DNA of 54,531 nt from Spirochaetia bacterium (lineage in GTDB: Bacteria > Spirochaetota > Spirochaetia > SP-2023). The stretch spans positions 1 to 54,531 of the forward strand of contig CBDDCK010000003.1 in the NCBI GenBank assembly GCA_965225855.1. The letters are read 5' to 3'. This document shows positions 18,215 through 28,721 of the stretch, in pieces. Made by a program: the position numbers and the translations under genes. The notes under the pieces were generated by a model that saw nothing but the letters and a program-made list of their open reading frames with translations, was not told the DNA's origin and did not search any database. Within the stretch, counting starts at the first letter, position 1. Every line of letters starts with the position of its first letter.

Positions 18215-19696
18215 CTAAAGCAGAGATTTGAGAGACAACAACAATCCTTGTTCGGACATCATTTGATAGTATTGCTGTACTTTTTGAATTAAGGCTTTAT
18301 CGTTTGCCAGATTACCGAAACATGGGGCAAAAGAAAACAAAGCAATAGCTTCTTTACCGCGTGGAGCCTTTGTTACCAATTGTTGCAGAATTTCCGCGTT
18401 AGGGTCTTGTACTTCAATAATCGAGCTATCAAAGTTTTTACCACTAACATAGCGTAGCCAAGCCGCTAAAGCAAAAGGCATAAAACGCCAACTAGTCCCT
18501 TTGTCAGATGATGCCACACGGTAACCATCAAGCCAACGTTGCGGAACTTTGAGCGAACCATCCATGGCAATCTGGTAACAACGATGACGGATATTCGTAT
18601 TACTGTAACGTTCCATTAATTCTTTGGCATAACCCGGTAAGTCTAACCCCATTTTGGCGTTGGCACTCAAACGCAAGCTAGGCAATTGTTCTTCAATAAT
18701 AAAACTATAACAAGCTTGTTGCAAAATATCTTCCTGCATGCATTCATAAACATATTCTTTGCCTGCAAGATAACCACAATAGGCTAGAAAGCTGTGCGAA
18801 CCATTGAGCATACGGAGCTTCATTTCTTCGTAAAGGGAAACCTCTTCTTCATTGCGTACGATAATTACGCCACTAGCTTGCTCCCAACAAGGACGACCTG
18901 CGGGAAAGCTATCTTCAATCACCCATTGAGTGAATTTTTCCGTAGACAAGGCAATTCGATCGTACTTACCAGCTAATTGGGAAATCTGCTCTTGTGCTTG
19001 CCCGGTAATTGCTGGGGTGATACGATCCACCATAGTACAAGGAAAACAACAATTTTTTTCCATCCAATGAACCAAACCAGAAAATGGACTGTGTTTTTGT
19101 TCCAATAGCTCCATAAAGCGCCGCAAGACACATTGCAAAACACGGCTATTGTGCGCGATATTATCACAAGACATTAAAGCCAGACCCGCCTTTGCATTTT
19201 TTTGACGGTGGGCTAAACCCAATGCCAAAAATCCCAACATGGTTCTGGGGACAATGCCTATATCTGGCAAGTGAATCAAATCATACTGGATGTCCGGATG
19301 TTGTTCATCTAGCTGGTGAGTTGCTGCTTGGGCATAATAACCTTTTTCGGTTACAGTCATGCTAACAATCGCTGCTTGGGCCAATTCTGCCACAACCGCA
19401 GCAACACCATCACGCATAGCATCGACACCGCGCACAATGCTACCAACCTCGCTGACTTTGCTACTTTGTGCATCTTGAATAGCCAATAAATACCGATAAT
19501 TTTGTTGTTCCAGTTGTTCCATTATTTTGATATTGCCACGCAAAGAAATGGCACAAATACCCCAGTCGCCCATTTGAGCTTGCAGTAACTCATGGCAAGC
19601 CCAAGCCATATGAGCCCGGGAAAAAGCACCCAAGCCGATATGGGCAATCTTTGGTTGAACCTGCTGAAATTGGTAATTAGCTTCCATATAAGACAT
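18215..19696 (-). CDS. uxuB: Mannonate oxidoreductase (mannitol dehydrogenase family)
   Basis: HIGLGAFSRAH, SMTVTEKGY, MSCDN, FPCTMVDRITP, KLRMLNGSHS, QIAMDGSLKVPQR; lies between uxaC and uxuA. Confidence 0.88.
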   Translation of the reverse strand: MSYMEANYQFQQVQPKIAHIGLGAFSRAHMAWACHELLQAQMGDWGICAISLRGNIKIMEQLEQQNYRYLLAIQDAQSSKVSEVGSIVRGVDAMRDGVAAVVAELAQAAIVSMTVTEKGYYAQAATHQLDEQHPDIQYDLIHLPDIGIVPRTMLGFLALGLAHRQKNAKAGLALMSCDNIAHNSRVLQCVLRRFMELLEQKHSPFSGLVHWMEKNCCFPCTMVDRITPAITGQAQEQISQLAGKYDRIALSTEKFTQWVIEDSFPAGRPCWEQASGVIIVRNEEEVSLYEEMKLRMLNGSHSFLAYCGYLAGKEYVYECMQEDILQQACYSFIIEEQLPSLRLSANAKMGLDLPGYAKELMERYSNTNIRHRCYQIAMDGSLKVPQRWLDGYRVASSDKGTSWRFMPFALAAWLRYVSGKNFDSSIIEVQDPNAEILQQLVTKAPRGKEAIALFSFAPCFGNLANDKALIQKVQQYYQMMSEQGLLLSLKSLL

Positions 19697-19712
19697 AAAG
19701 AGTAACTCGCTC

Positions 19713-21143
19713 CTATAAAAGAGAATTTCTGAAAAGATAATTTTTGCAATTGTGGTAACAAATGTCTTGAATAATTTTACCTAAGCATTCTTGTTCTTGA
19801 GGGCTATGAAACGGATATTCGCCATTTTCTACCCAATGACCGATTAAGTTACAAAGGATACGGCGAAAATATTCATGGCGGGGATAAGACAAAAAACTAC
19901 GCGAGTCGGTTAGCATTCCTATAAAACGCGAAAGCAAACCAAAATTGGCTAGATTGCGCATTTGAGCTTCCATGCCATCACGCTGATCTTGAAACCACCA
20001 GGCAGAACCAAATTGCATTTTGCCAGGTTGTTTTCCTCCCTGAAAATTGCCAATCATTGTAGCCAATACATTATTATCCTTAGAATTTAGATTATACAAA
20101 ATAGTTTTAGGTAACGACTCGCGTTGTTCCAAGAAATCAAGAAAGCGGGATAGAGGATAAGCTATCGGCCTATCTCCCATCGAATCAAAGCCACTATCCG
20201 GGCCAAGTAAAGTAAGCATACGGCGATTATTATTCCGTTGGGCGCCAATATGTAACTGCATTACCCAGTCGCGCATCGCATATTCTTGACCTAAAAAACA
20301 CCATAAAGCCGTTTTGTATTGGGCTATTTCCAACGGACTTAATTCTTTGTTCTGTAGACGCTTTTCTAAAATGTGTTGTACTTCTGTATCGCTGGCCTCT
20401 TCGTAGTAAATATTATCCATTCCATGGTCGCTGAGGCAACATTCATTTTCTGCAAAATAAACAATGCGGCTGACCAAAGCTTCTTTTAGTTTTGTTAGCG
20501 AGTCTATTTTATAGCCTACTATCACAGCCAGTTGTTTTAGCCAACCGCAAAAACTTTGGTGCTCGATATTCACAGCCTTATCTGGGCGAAATGTAGGCAG
20601 CACCCGACACATTATTTCCGCGCTGTTGTGAATATTTTGATGATAAGATAAGTTATCACACGGATCATCTGTAGTACCAATCAATTCGACTTTGCTTTTT
20701 GTTATGAAATCACGCGGGCAAAAACCTTTATTGGCAAGTTGCTCATTGCATTTTTGCCAGATTTCTTCAGCAGAATCCACATTTAACGTTTGATGAATAT
20801 GAAAATAGCGCTGCAATTCTAGGTGTGTCCAATGGTAAAGCGGATTACCAAGACAATACGGTATCGTCTCTGCCCAGGCTTGGAACTTTTCACGATCGCT
20901 GGCATTGCCGGTAATCTTTTCTTCTGGAATACCGTTGCTACGCATGGCTCGCCATTTGTAATGGTCGGCGCTTAACCAAACTTGAGTAATATTTTCATAG
21001 GGCTGGTTCTCCCATATTTCCTTAGGCGCCAGGTGGGAATGATAATCAATGATGGGCAGCGCCTCTGCGTATTTGTGATAGAGAAACTGGGCAGACTCTG
21101 TATCCAGTAGGAAGTTATTATCCATAAAAGATTTGCGCGACAT
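19713..21143 (-). CDS. uxaC: Glucuronate isomerase
   Basis: PIIDYHSHL, DHYKWRAMR, GNPLYHWTHLEL, GSAWWFQD, GMLTDSRSFLSYPRHEYFRR. Confidence 0.97.
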   Translation of the reverse strand: MSRKSFMDNNFLLDTESAQFLYHKYAEALPIIDYHSHLAPKEIWENQPYENITQVWLSADHYKWRAMRSNGIPEEKITGNASDREKFQAWAETIPYCLGNPLYHWTHLELQRYFHIHQTLNVDSAEEIWQKCNEQLANKGFCPRDFITKSKVELIGTTDDPCDNLSYHQNIHNSAEIMCRVLPTFRPDKAVNIEHQSFCGWLKQLAVIVGYKIDSLTKLKEALVSRIVYFAENECCLSDHGMDNIYYEEASDTEVQHILEKRLQNKELSPLEIAQYKTALWCFLGQEYAMRDWVMQLHIGAQRNNNRRMLTLLGPDSGFDSMGDRPIAYPLSRFLDFLEQRESLPKTILYNLNSKDNNVLATMIGNFQGGKQPGKMQFGSAWWFQDQRDGMEAQMRNLANFGLLSRFIGMLTDSRSFLSYPRHEYFRRILCNLIGHWVENGEYPFHSPQEQECLGKIIQDICYHNCKNYLFRNSLL

Positions 21144-21153
21144 CAAAACTCCT

Positions 21154-22452
21154 TTATATTAAACCAGCAAGTTTGGGCAAAGCCAAAGATAGTTGTGGAA
21201 CAAAAGTTACTAAAAGTAAAGATAAAAATAAAATTACATAAAATGGGAGGATTTTTTTCAATATGAGCTTAACAGGTATACCAGAAATACTAGAGCCCAC
21301 AAATAAAAGAGTTCCTACTGGAGGTGTTAAAATCCCTATACACAGATTGTAAGTCATAATGATACCCAAATGCACCGGATGTATGCCGATCTCGTTAGCA
21401 ATAGGCGAAAAAATGGGAGTAAAAATCAATATAGCGGGGCTCATATCCAGAAATGTCCCAACAAAAAGCAAAATTAAGTTTATAAAAAATAATATCAAAT
21501 ATTTGTTGCTCGACAGAGATAGCATATAATTTGCAATAGTTTCAGGAGCTTGGGTATAAGCTAATACCCAGCCCATAATATTGGAAGCCGCAATAATAAA
21601 TAATATAATTCCGGAAACTATAGCAGAATCTTTTAATATGACAAAATATCCTTTTATATTGATTTTGCGGTATACCATCGACAATAAGAACGCATAAAGT
21701 ACGGCAATTCCAGCTGCCTCTGTGGCTGTAAATATTCCACCAAGTATACCAAAAATAATAATTACAATAAGCATTAAGCTCGGTAAACTATCCAGAATGA
21801 TCTTCAGCCAATTTTTTAACTCATCGTTTGTATTGGAATTACTTATAATATTTTGATTACTATAATATCCTCCGGTCAGTGCAATTAACAACATAACGCC
21901 TAAACCCATAACAATACCAGGTAAATAGCCTCCTAGAAAAAGAGCTATGACAGACGCTTGCCCTGAAACAACGGAATACAAGATTAAAGTATTACTAGGA
22001 GGGATTAACAAACCAGCAGGGGCAGAAGCTATGTTTACGCAGGCTGCAAATGATGGCTCATAACCTTTTTGCTTGGTATAGGGTTCTATAATGCTGCCCA
22101 CCCCAACAGCTGCTGCCGTTGCACTACCACTAACTGCCCCAAATAACATATTCGCAATAACATTAGTATGTAGTATGGAGTGGGGCATCTTTTGCCCCAA
22201 CAATGTGGATAAAGAAATCAATTTTCGAGCTATACCGCCTTGATTGAGAATATTCCCAGCTAGAATAAATAAAGGAATTGCAATCAGACTGAAACGATCG
22301 ACTCCGCCTAAAATTTTTTGGGCTGCTACCAATACGGCTTGCTCAAAAGGTAATACTGTAAGCATTACAATAAATGATGCTAAAGCAATAGAAGAGACAA
22401 CCGGGACACCCAATAAAAGAAGTACTATAAAAGATAATAACAAAATCCACAT
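21154..22452 (-). CDS. TRAP transporter large permease (DctM family)
   Basis: AIPLFILAG, IPPS, GILTPPVG motifs; polytopic; start placed at ATG 22452 just after the DctQ stop. Confidence 0.92.
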   Translation of the reverse strand: MWILLLSFIVLLLLGVPVVSSIALASFIVMLTVLPFEQAVLVAAQKILGGVDRFSLIAIPLFILAGNILNQGGIARKLISLSTLLGQKMPHSILHTNVIANMLFGAVSGSATAAAVGVGSIIEPYTKQKGYEPSFAACVNIASAPAGLLIPPSNTLILYSVVSGQASVIALFLGGYLPGIVMGLGVMLLIALTGGYYSNQNIISNSNTNDELKNWLKIILDSLPSLMLIVIIIFGILGGIFTATEAAGIAVLYAFLLSMVYRKINIKGYFVILKDSAIVSGIILFIIAASNIMGWVLAYTQAPETIANYMLSLSSNKYLILFFINLILLFVGTFLDMSPAILIFTPIFSPIANEIGIHPVHLGIIMTYNLCIGILTPPVGTLLFVGSSISGIPVKLILKKILPFYVILFLSLLLVTFVPQLSLALPKLAGLI

Positions 22453-22457
22453 AACGA

Positions 22458-22976
22458 CTATTTTTGCATTATTATTCGATACATTTGAAATATAGACCAA
22501 ATGGCAATAACTACACCAGACACCGGCATAATTGCATAAATATAAAACATAGAAACATTAAAAGAAGAAGAAAGCTGGCTGGCTTGTGTTATGGCCAGCT
22601 TAGCCCCTCCATAAACGAGTAAAAATATTGCAAACACTAAAATAATAGCTACTTGAAATACTTGCATAATTTTCAGCCAAAACTTGCGTGCATCCCGCCC
22701 TGGTCGAATATTCTGTTCCAAGCAGGTACTGTTTGCTCTCAAATTCTTATTTTCAATGAAATCTAGTGAGATATGCCGGCGGATAACAAAGCAATAAGAA
22801 CCAGCAAGAAAAGTCAGAAAGACAAGTGCAAAGCGAATTAATTCTTCAGAATATTTACTTGGCACCGCTAAAATGTATCTGGAAAATATTTGCCAAATAA
22901 CCCCCATAAATAAAACAACCAAAGGAATTACAGAAAATGTTTGTAAAATAAAAGAACTAATCTTTTTGTAATCCAT
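22458..22976 (-). CDS. TRAP transporter small permease (DctQ family)
   Basis: QIFSRY...SEELIRF...RHISLD, four TMs; ATG 22976 with AGAGG RBS. Confidence 0.88.
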   Translation of the reverse strand: MDYKKISSFILQTFSVIPLVVLFMGVIWQIFSRYILAVPSKYSEELIRFALVFLTFLAGSYCFVIRRHISLDFIENKNLRANSTCLEQNIRPGRDARKFWLKIMQVFQVAIILVFAIFLLVYGGAKLAITQASQLSSSFNVSMFYIYAIMPVSGVVIAIWSIFQMYRIIMQK

Positions 22977-23073
22977 AAAATTTCCTCTAAGACTTTTGTG
23001 CTGAAGGCTAATAGGCAAATTTACTATATAGCATAATTTTTGATTCCAGAACAAACCGATCGAATCATTATTT

Positions 23074-24075
23074 CTAGCGCGCTTGGTCTATCCACTTTAA
23101 CAATTTAACAACAGTAGGGTCCGATTTTTTACGCTCTGCTATCATACTTTGAACTTTGTCTTGATAGGGAGCCTTATTAGGGTAGATAAAATTAGAACCT
23201 GTAGCTTTAGCTTTCATAATCGCTTCTTCTTGCTGCTTATCCCAGTCCGCCAGAGCCTTATTTTGCGCTTCTAAAGCTGCGCGAGAAATAATTTGCTGTT
23301 GTTCGGGAGCCAAGGAATCCCATTTTTTTGCATTCATCAAAAGAAAGTCGGGTATACTTTGGTGCTCATCGAAAATATAATATTTGGCCACTTCGTAATG
23401 ACGTGCCGAAATATAGGAACTGGGATTATTTTCTGCACCATCTAATACACCCTGTTGTAAAGCGGAATAGACCTCTCCAAAAGCCATAGGAGTCGGAACT
23501 GCCCCAATCGCTTCCACCATTTTTATTGCAACATTACTGGGTTGAACTCGGATTTTTAACCCAGATAAATCATCAATTGTTTTCACTGGCTTTGTCGTAT
23601 AAAAGCTACGTGTCCCGCCATATAGGTATAAAACTCCGTGTAAACCTAATTTCTCGGGTACAGTAGTTTGAAACATTTTGCCCATAGGGCCATTCATCGC
23701 TTGGATAAAATGCTCTTTACTGTCAAAAATGTAAGGCAAACCAAACACGGAATACTCGGAAGAAAAGTTTTCAAGAAATGCGCCACCAGAGTGCACAAAA
23801 TCTATAGTTCCTGCCTGTGCTTGCTCTAGCAATTCTTTGGTGGTTCCAAGAGTCCCATTCGGATAAATGGTGATCTTTATCTTTCTATCACTATACTCCA
23901 TGACTTTTTCAGCAAAGTATCGATATATTATATTTCCGGTATGTTCTGTTGATAGCGCATTTGCAAGTTTAAGAGAGACCGTACTACCTCCCGAACTATT
24001 TCCTCTTGCCAATAAATTGGCTGTACTGAAGATCAGTAATGCTATTATTAGACCAGATATGAAAGATTTTCTCAT
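23074..24075 (-). CDS. TRAP substrate-binding protein (DctP family), probably for hexuronates
   Basis: YPNGTLG, DLSGLKIRVQ, GEVYSALQQGVLDGAENN; first gene of the uxaC-uxuB-uxuA operon. Confidence 0.92.
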   Translation of the reverse strand: MRKSFISGLIIALLIFSTANLLARGNSSGGSTVSLKLANALSTEHTGNIIYRYFAEKVMEYSDRKIKITIYPNGTLGTTKELLEQAQAGTIDFVHSGGAFLENFSSEYSVFGLPYIFDSKEHFIQAMNGPMGKMFQTTVPEKLGLHGVLYLYGGTRSFYTTKPVKTIDDLSGLKIRVQPSNVAIKMVEAIGAVPTPMAFGEVYSALQQGVLDGAENNPSSYISARHYEVAKYYIFDEHQSIPDFLLMNAKKWDSLAPEQQQIISRAALEAQNKALADWDKQQEEAIMKAKATGSNFIYPNKAPYQDKVQSMIAERKKSDPTVVKLLKWIDQAR

Positions 24076-24249
24076 TTTCGACTCCTCACTAGGGTTTTTT
24101 ATTTTGATATAGACTAAATATTTTGATTATTTTGTCTAGATAATAAATCTAAAAAGGCTCTTAAAATTTATGCAAGTTTCCTATAGACTGAATCAAAAAT
24201 CTTTCTAAAGTCTAGATCCAATTTAAGCTTTATTAAACTTAAGGAATAT

Positions 24250-25308
24250 TTGAATATGACAAAAATTTCTATAGTGTTGTGGTTTCTTCTCGTAATGATG
24301 GCTATGGCTTGTTCAAAACAGGAAAATTCTCAACAAGTTGAAACCGAAAAAATAAAAGAAGCGGAATACAAATGGGTATTTCAGTCTTCCGATCAGCCCG
24401 GAGATATAGCTTTTAAGATTGAAGAAAATTGGGCAGAAGCGATTAATGTTGCTTCCAATGAGCGCATTAAAATTCGTATTGTCGGGGCGGGGGCTGTTGT
24501 TGAACATAATCAAACATTAGATGCAATCAAGACAAATGTAATACAAGGTCATTTGACCGATGGTTCTTATTTTAGTGGAAAGGACATAGCTTTTTCTTTG
24601 TTTGGTAATTTGATTGGTGCTTGGGAATCTCCTTGGGATTTGATTCGTTTTTTCTACTATGGTGGCGGTTTTGAAATAGCAAATGAATTGCTCAATTCTT
24701 ATGATGCAGAGCTTTTAGGGGTAACCACCCCGGGCACGGAAGCGTTCGTATCCAAAATTCCTATCCGAGGATTGACAGACTTACAGGGGGTAAAATTACG
24801 AGCTCCCGAGGGTATGGTACAGGATTTATTTAAAGCGTTGGGAGCTTCTCCCGTAAATCTTCCCGGTTCAGAGGTTTATACTTCTCTGGAAAAGGGGGTA
24901 ATCGATGCTGCAGATTACAGTATTTTTGCTCGTAATCAGGCTCAAGGTATGAATGATGTGGCTCCATTCCCGATCTATCCGGGTTGGCATTCTACTCCAG
25001 CAATAAATATTGCGATCAATAAGAATATCTATGATTCCTTATCAGAAGATTTGAAGATGATTCTTAAAGTTGCGACTGGGAATCTAGTTCGCGATTTTCT
25101 GATGGAACATAGTTATATGGATAACGGTGCTGTTCGGAAAGCCCGGGATAAAGGGGCAGCTATCATTTCCTGGAATACGGAAGATATTCGTATCGTTCGA
25201 GAAGCCGCTTCCAGGCTATGGCAAGACGCTGCCCAGAAATCTCCTATAGCCCAAAAATTCTATGAAAGAGCTCTCTCTTTCTTGAAAGAACAAGGTATGC
25301 TTCAATGA
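24250..25308 (+). CDS. TRAP substrate-binding lipoprotein (DctP family)
   Basis: Lipobox AMA-C; DLQGVKLRAPEG, EVYTSLEKGVIDAAD. Confidence 0.9.
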   Translation: MNMTKISIVLWFLLVMMAMACSKQENSQQVETEKIKEAEYKWVFQSSDQPGDIAFKIEENWAEAINVASNERIKIRIVGAGAVVEHNQTLDAIKTNVIQGHLTDGSYFSGKDIAFSLFGNLIGAWESPWDLIRFFYYGGGFEIANELLNSYDAELLGVTTPGTEAFVSKIPIRGLTDLQGVKLRAPEGMVQDLFKALGASPVNLPGSEVYTSLEKGVIDAADYSIFARNQAQGMNDVAPFPIYPGWHSTPAINIAINKNIYDSLSEDLKMILKVATGNLVRDFLMEHSYMDNGAVRKARDKGAAIISWNTEDIRIVREAASRLWQDAAQKSPIAQKFYERALSFLKEQGMLQ

Positions 25309-25862
25309 GTAAGATCAAGTCCTCTTGTACTTCTTGGTTACAGCACGCTAATCGTCTGATTGTCGCAATTGGTAACCAGTTGTCCTGGATTTATCTTTTT
25401 ATCGTCCTCATTTCAATATACGAAGTGTTCATGCGCTATGCTTTTAATCGGCCGACGACTTGGGTACATGAAAGTAGCTTATACTTAGCTGGACTTGTAA
25501 TGATCTATGGCGGTCTTTATGCCTTTGCCAAAGATAAACATATCGCAGTATCTGTCGTAACGGATTTATTGCCTGTCCAGATACGCGATATATTTCATTT
25601 CTTAGCAGATGTTGTTACTTTGCTGTATATTATATTGCTAACAATTTCTACAATTTTAATGGCAAAAGAAGCGATATTTGCCCCATCTGGGGCTATTCGA
25701 CTAGAACGCTCTGGCTCCTCTTGGAACTCCGTTTTTCCAGGCATAGTAAAGATTTCAATGAGCTTATTCCTAATTATGTTCTTGTGTCTAGTAACAATCC
25801 ATGTAGTTACTAAATGTCTCTTAATGGTAAAGTCAAAAAAAGTCCCAAATGCTGAATTTTAG
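25305..25862 (+). CDS. TRAP small permease (DctQ family)
   Basis: YEVFMRYAFNRPTTWVHE, HIAV; overlaps the DctP stop. Confidence 0.88.
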   Translation: MSKIKSSCTSWLQHANRLIVAIGNQLSWIYLFIVLISIYEVFMRYAFNRPTTWVHESSLYLAGLVMIYGGLYAFAKDKHIAVSVVTDLLPVQIRDIFHFLADVVTLLYIILLTISTILMAKEAIFAPSGAIRLERSGSSWNSVFPGIVKISMSLFLIMFLCLVTIHVVTKCLLMVKSKKVPNAEF

Positions 25863-27189
25863 CTCACTGGGCATTGCGCCAGTTACCATTTTAGTATTTG
25901 GCTCCATGCTCATTTTATTAGTAGCGCGTGTACCATTGGCCTTTCTTACAGGGATTATTTCCATTATTTTGACTATAGGCTGGTTTTCATTCGAGACTCT
26001 GCCGCTGGTCGCCAACAGGGTCTATGGTTTTATGAACAGCTATTCTCTGCTAGCGGTACCGATGTTTGTACTGATGGCAGCTCTTTTAGATCAGACCGGT
26101 ACTGCCAAAGACTTGTATAATGCAATGTGGTTATTTACCCGCCGACTAAAAGGTGGGGTTGCTATTCAGACTGTAATTATTGGCGTTTTTCTGGCAGCTA
26201 TTTCGGGCATTATTGGAGGCGAAACAGTTCTTCTTGGTCTTTTGGCGTTACCACAGATGTTACGTCTGGGCTATAATAAAAATCTTGCAATAGGTACTTG
26301 TGTTTCCAGTGGAGCATTAGGAACTATGGTTCCTCCAAGTATTGTGCTTATCATATATGGGCTTACTGCCTCGGTTTCCATTGGGGAACTATTTACGGCT
26401 GCATTTATTCCTGCATTTATTTTGGCTAGTATGTATATTATCTATATCATAATCTACGGAATAATACGGCCAGATGAAGTCCCTTCCCTGTCCCGAGAGG
26501 AAATTGAAAATAACCCGATTAACAGCGAGCAACGAATTCAGGCAATAAGGGATATCGTTCTGCCTAGTTTTATCGCTGTTGCACTACTTGGCAGTATTTA
26601 CCTTGGGATCGCTTCGGTAACGGAAGCTGCAAGTGTAGGTGTTGTTGCCGTGATTTTAGTGGCCGTTTATCGTAAAGAATTTAGGCTACCAATTCTTAAA
26701 AATTCATTGCAAACGACCATGCAAACCTGCGGTATGATTATGTGGATTGGTATTGGTGCTTATATTCTTGTTGGTGTTTATAACCTAGTTGGGGGAAATC
26801 AATTTATAGAATCCATGATTTTGGATCTTGGTTGGCCTTCCATTGCCATTATTATCGTAATGATGTGCATATTGATATTTTTGGGAATGTTTATGGACTG
26901 GATTGGTATTGCTATGCTAACAGTACCGATTTTTGTACCGATTATTCAAACTTTAGGTTATGATCCTGTATGGTTTGGTATTTTATTCTGCGTTAATATG
27001 CAAATTTCATTTCTCTCGCCACCTTTTGGACCAGGGGCTTTTTACTTGCACAGCGTAGCCCCAGAGGGAATTACATTAGTGGATATTTTTCGTTCTGTAC
27101 TCCCTTATATTTTAATGCAAATTTTAGTATTGGGCCTTTTAATTTTGTTTCCTCAGATCGCTTTGTTTATGCCCAATATACTTTCGTAA
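25849..27189 (+). CDS. TRAP large permease (DctM family)
   Basis: AVPMFVLM, GTMVPPSIVLIIYG, QISFLSPPFG. Confidence 0.92.
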   Translation: MLNFSSLGIAPVTILVFGSMLILLVARVPLAFLTGIISIILTIGWFSFETLPLVANRVYGFMNSYSLLAVPMFVLMAALLDQTGTAKDLYNAMWLFTRRLKGGVAIQTVIIGVFLAAISGIIGGETVLLGLLALPQMLRLGYNKNLAIGTCVSSGALGTMVPPSIVLIIYGLTASVSIGELFTAAFIPAFILASMYIIYIIIYGIIRPDEVPSLSREEIENNPINSEQRIQAIRDIVLPSFIAVALLGSIYLGIASVTEAASVGVVAVILVAVYRKEFRLPILKNSLQTTMQTCGMIMWIGIGAYILVGVYNLVGGNQFIESMILDLGWPSIAIIIVMMCILIFLGMFMDWIGIAMLTVPIFVPIIQTLGYDPVWFGILFCVNMQISFLSPPFGPGAFYLHSVAPEGITLVDIFRSVLPYILMQILVLGLLILFPQIALFMPNILS

Positions 27190-27313
27190 AGAGCTTCTTG
27201 TTTTTAATTTACCTAGGTAAGGATTGAACAAGATATAAGTCTTCAAATAAAATTTTCGCCCGCATTTTTCTGAAACTTTAGAATTTGCAAAGTTTTTAGA
27301 ATAGGAAACTGTT

Positions 27314-28477
27314 ATGAAAATTACCAAGATTTCTACATACTTGGTTGCCCCTCGCTGGTGCTTCTTAAAAATTGAAACCGATGCAGGGATTAGTGGTTGG
27401 GGGGAACCGGTACTAGAAGGCAAAGCGGCCACGGTAGCAATGGCCGTCCGAGAAATGGAAAATCAATTGCTAGGCCGTAACCCCTTACAAACAGAACGGC
27501 TCTGGCAAGAATTATATCGCGGCCAATTCTACCGTGGCGGAGGTGTTCATATGAGTGCTATCGCCGGTATTGATCAAGCTTTATGGGATATAAAAGGCAA
27601 ATATTACCAAGCGCCAATTCATGACCTATTGGGAGGGGCATGTCGGGACAAAGTCCGTATGTATAGCTGGATTGGAGGAGATTTGCCTCTTTCTCCTAAA
27701 GAAACCGCACAGCAGGCGTTAAAGGCAAAACAAGCTGGATTTTCGGCGGTAAAAATGAATGCCTGTGGGCCTTTGGCTTTTATTGATAACTGGCAAGCAG
27801 TACAAAAAATTCTTGCCCGTGTTGATGCAGTACGCCAAGCTGTAGGGGATTCATTTGATATTGCTGTAGATTTTCATGGCAGAGTTCATAAAGCAATGGC
27901 GAGAATTTTACTCAAAGAACTGGAAGTCTATCATTTACTGTTTGCTGAAGAACCGCTGCTTCCAGAACATCTACATGCTTTGGGTGAAGTGCACCACAAT
28001 AGCTCTATTCCCATTGCCACGGGAGAGCGTTTATTTTCTCGCTATGATTTTCGTCCTTTGTTGGAGGCCGGACATATCAATATTGTGCAGCCGGATATTT
28101 CCCATGCCGGAGGAATTAGCGAATGTCTACGCATTGCACAGATGGCAGAAGCTTATGATGTTCAGCTAGCTTTACATTGCCCTCTGGGTCCCTTGGCTCT
28201 TATGGCAGCAGTTCAGGTCGATGCAGTGGCGTATAATACTTTAATTCAAGAACAAAGTATGGGCATCCATTATAATAAAGATGGTGGGGGCGAAGTCTTA
28301 GAGTATGTTTGCAATCCTGAAGTTCTTGCTATTCAGAAAGGTTTTTTAACAGTGCCTCAATTGCCAGGTTTAGGCTTGGAGATAAATGAAGAACTGGTAG
28401 AACAACGTTCTCAGCAAGGCCATAACTGGGATAATCCCATTTGGTATTATCCCGATGGTAGCATTGCAGAATGGTAA
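27314..28477 (+). CDS. dgoD: Galactonate dehydratase (enolase superfamily)
   Basis: PRWCFLKIETD.GI.GWGEP, AGIDQALWDIKGK, DFHGRVH, IATGERL, HCPLGP, QEQSMGIHYN, DGSIAEW. Confidence 0.93.
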   Translation: MKITKISTYLVAPRWCFLKIETDAGISGWGEPVLEGKAATVAMAVREMENQLLGRNPLQTERLWQELYRGQFYRGGGVHMSAIAGIDQALWDIKGKYYQAPIHDLLGGACRDKVRMYSWIGGDLPLSPKETAQQALKAKQAGFSAVKMNACGPLAFIDNWQAVQKILARVDAVRQAVGDSFDIAVDFHGRVHKAMARILLKELEVYHLLFAEEPLLPEHLHALGEVHHNSSIPIATGERLFSRYDFRPLLEAGHINIVQPDISHAGGISECLRIAQMAEAYDVQLALHCPLGPLALMAAVQVDAVAYNTLIQEQSMGIHYNKDGGGEVLEYVCNPEVLAIQKGFLTVPQLPGLGLEINEELVEQRSQQGHNWDNPIWYYPDGSIAEW

Positions 28478-28538
28478 AGATAGTACCGTTAGCAGAAACT
28501 TCCTTTATTATAACAGAATGTACAAACAAGGGTTACTG

Positions 28539-28721
28539 TAACGGCGCAAACGGCGCAAGCAAAATCAAACGACTTGCGTGCAAATTTACTTACTTTTTAG
28601 CTTGGTTGTTTTGGCCTTGCTATTTTGTGCATACCAAGGCTATAATTGATAAAAGCAGCCTTGATAAAAAAATTTACCAAGGCTGAAACAACCAAGCATT
28701 GCTTACAGCAATAACAAAACC
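28539..28721. repeat. 3' flanking module of lipoprotein paralog 2
   Basis: Homologous to 13585-13966; internal inverted pair GCTTGGTTGTTTTGGCCTTG / CAAGGCTGAAACAACCAAGC. Confidence 0.85.
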
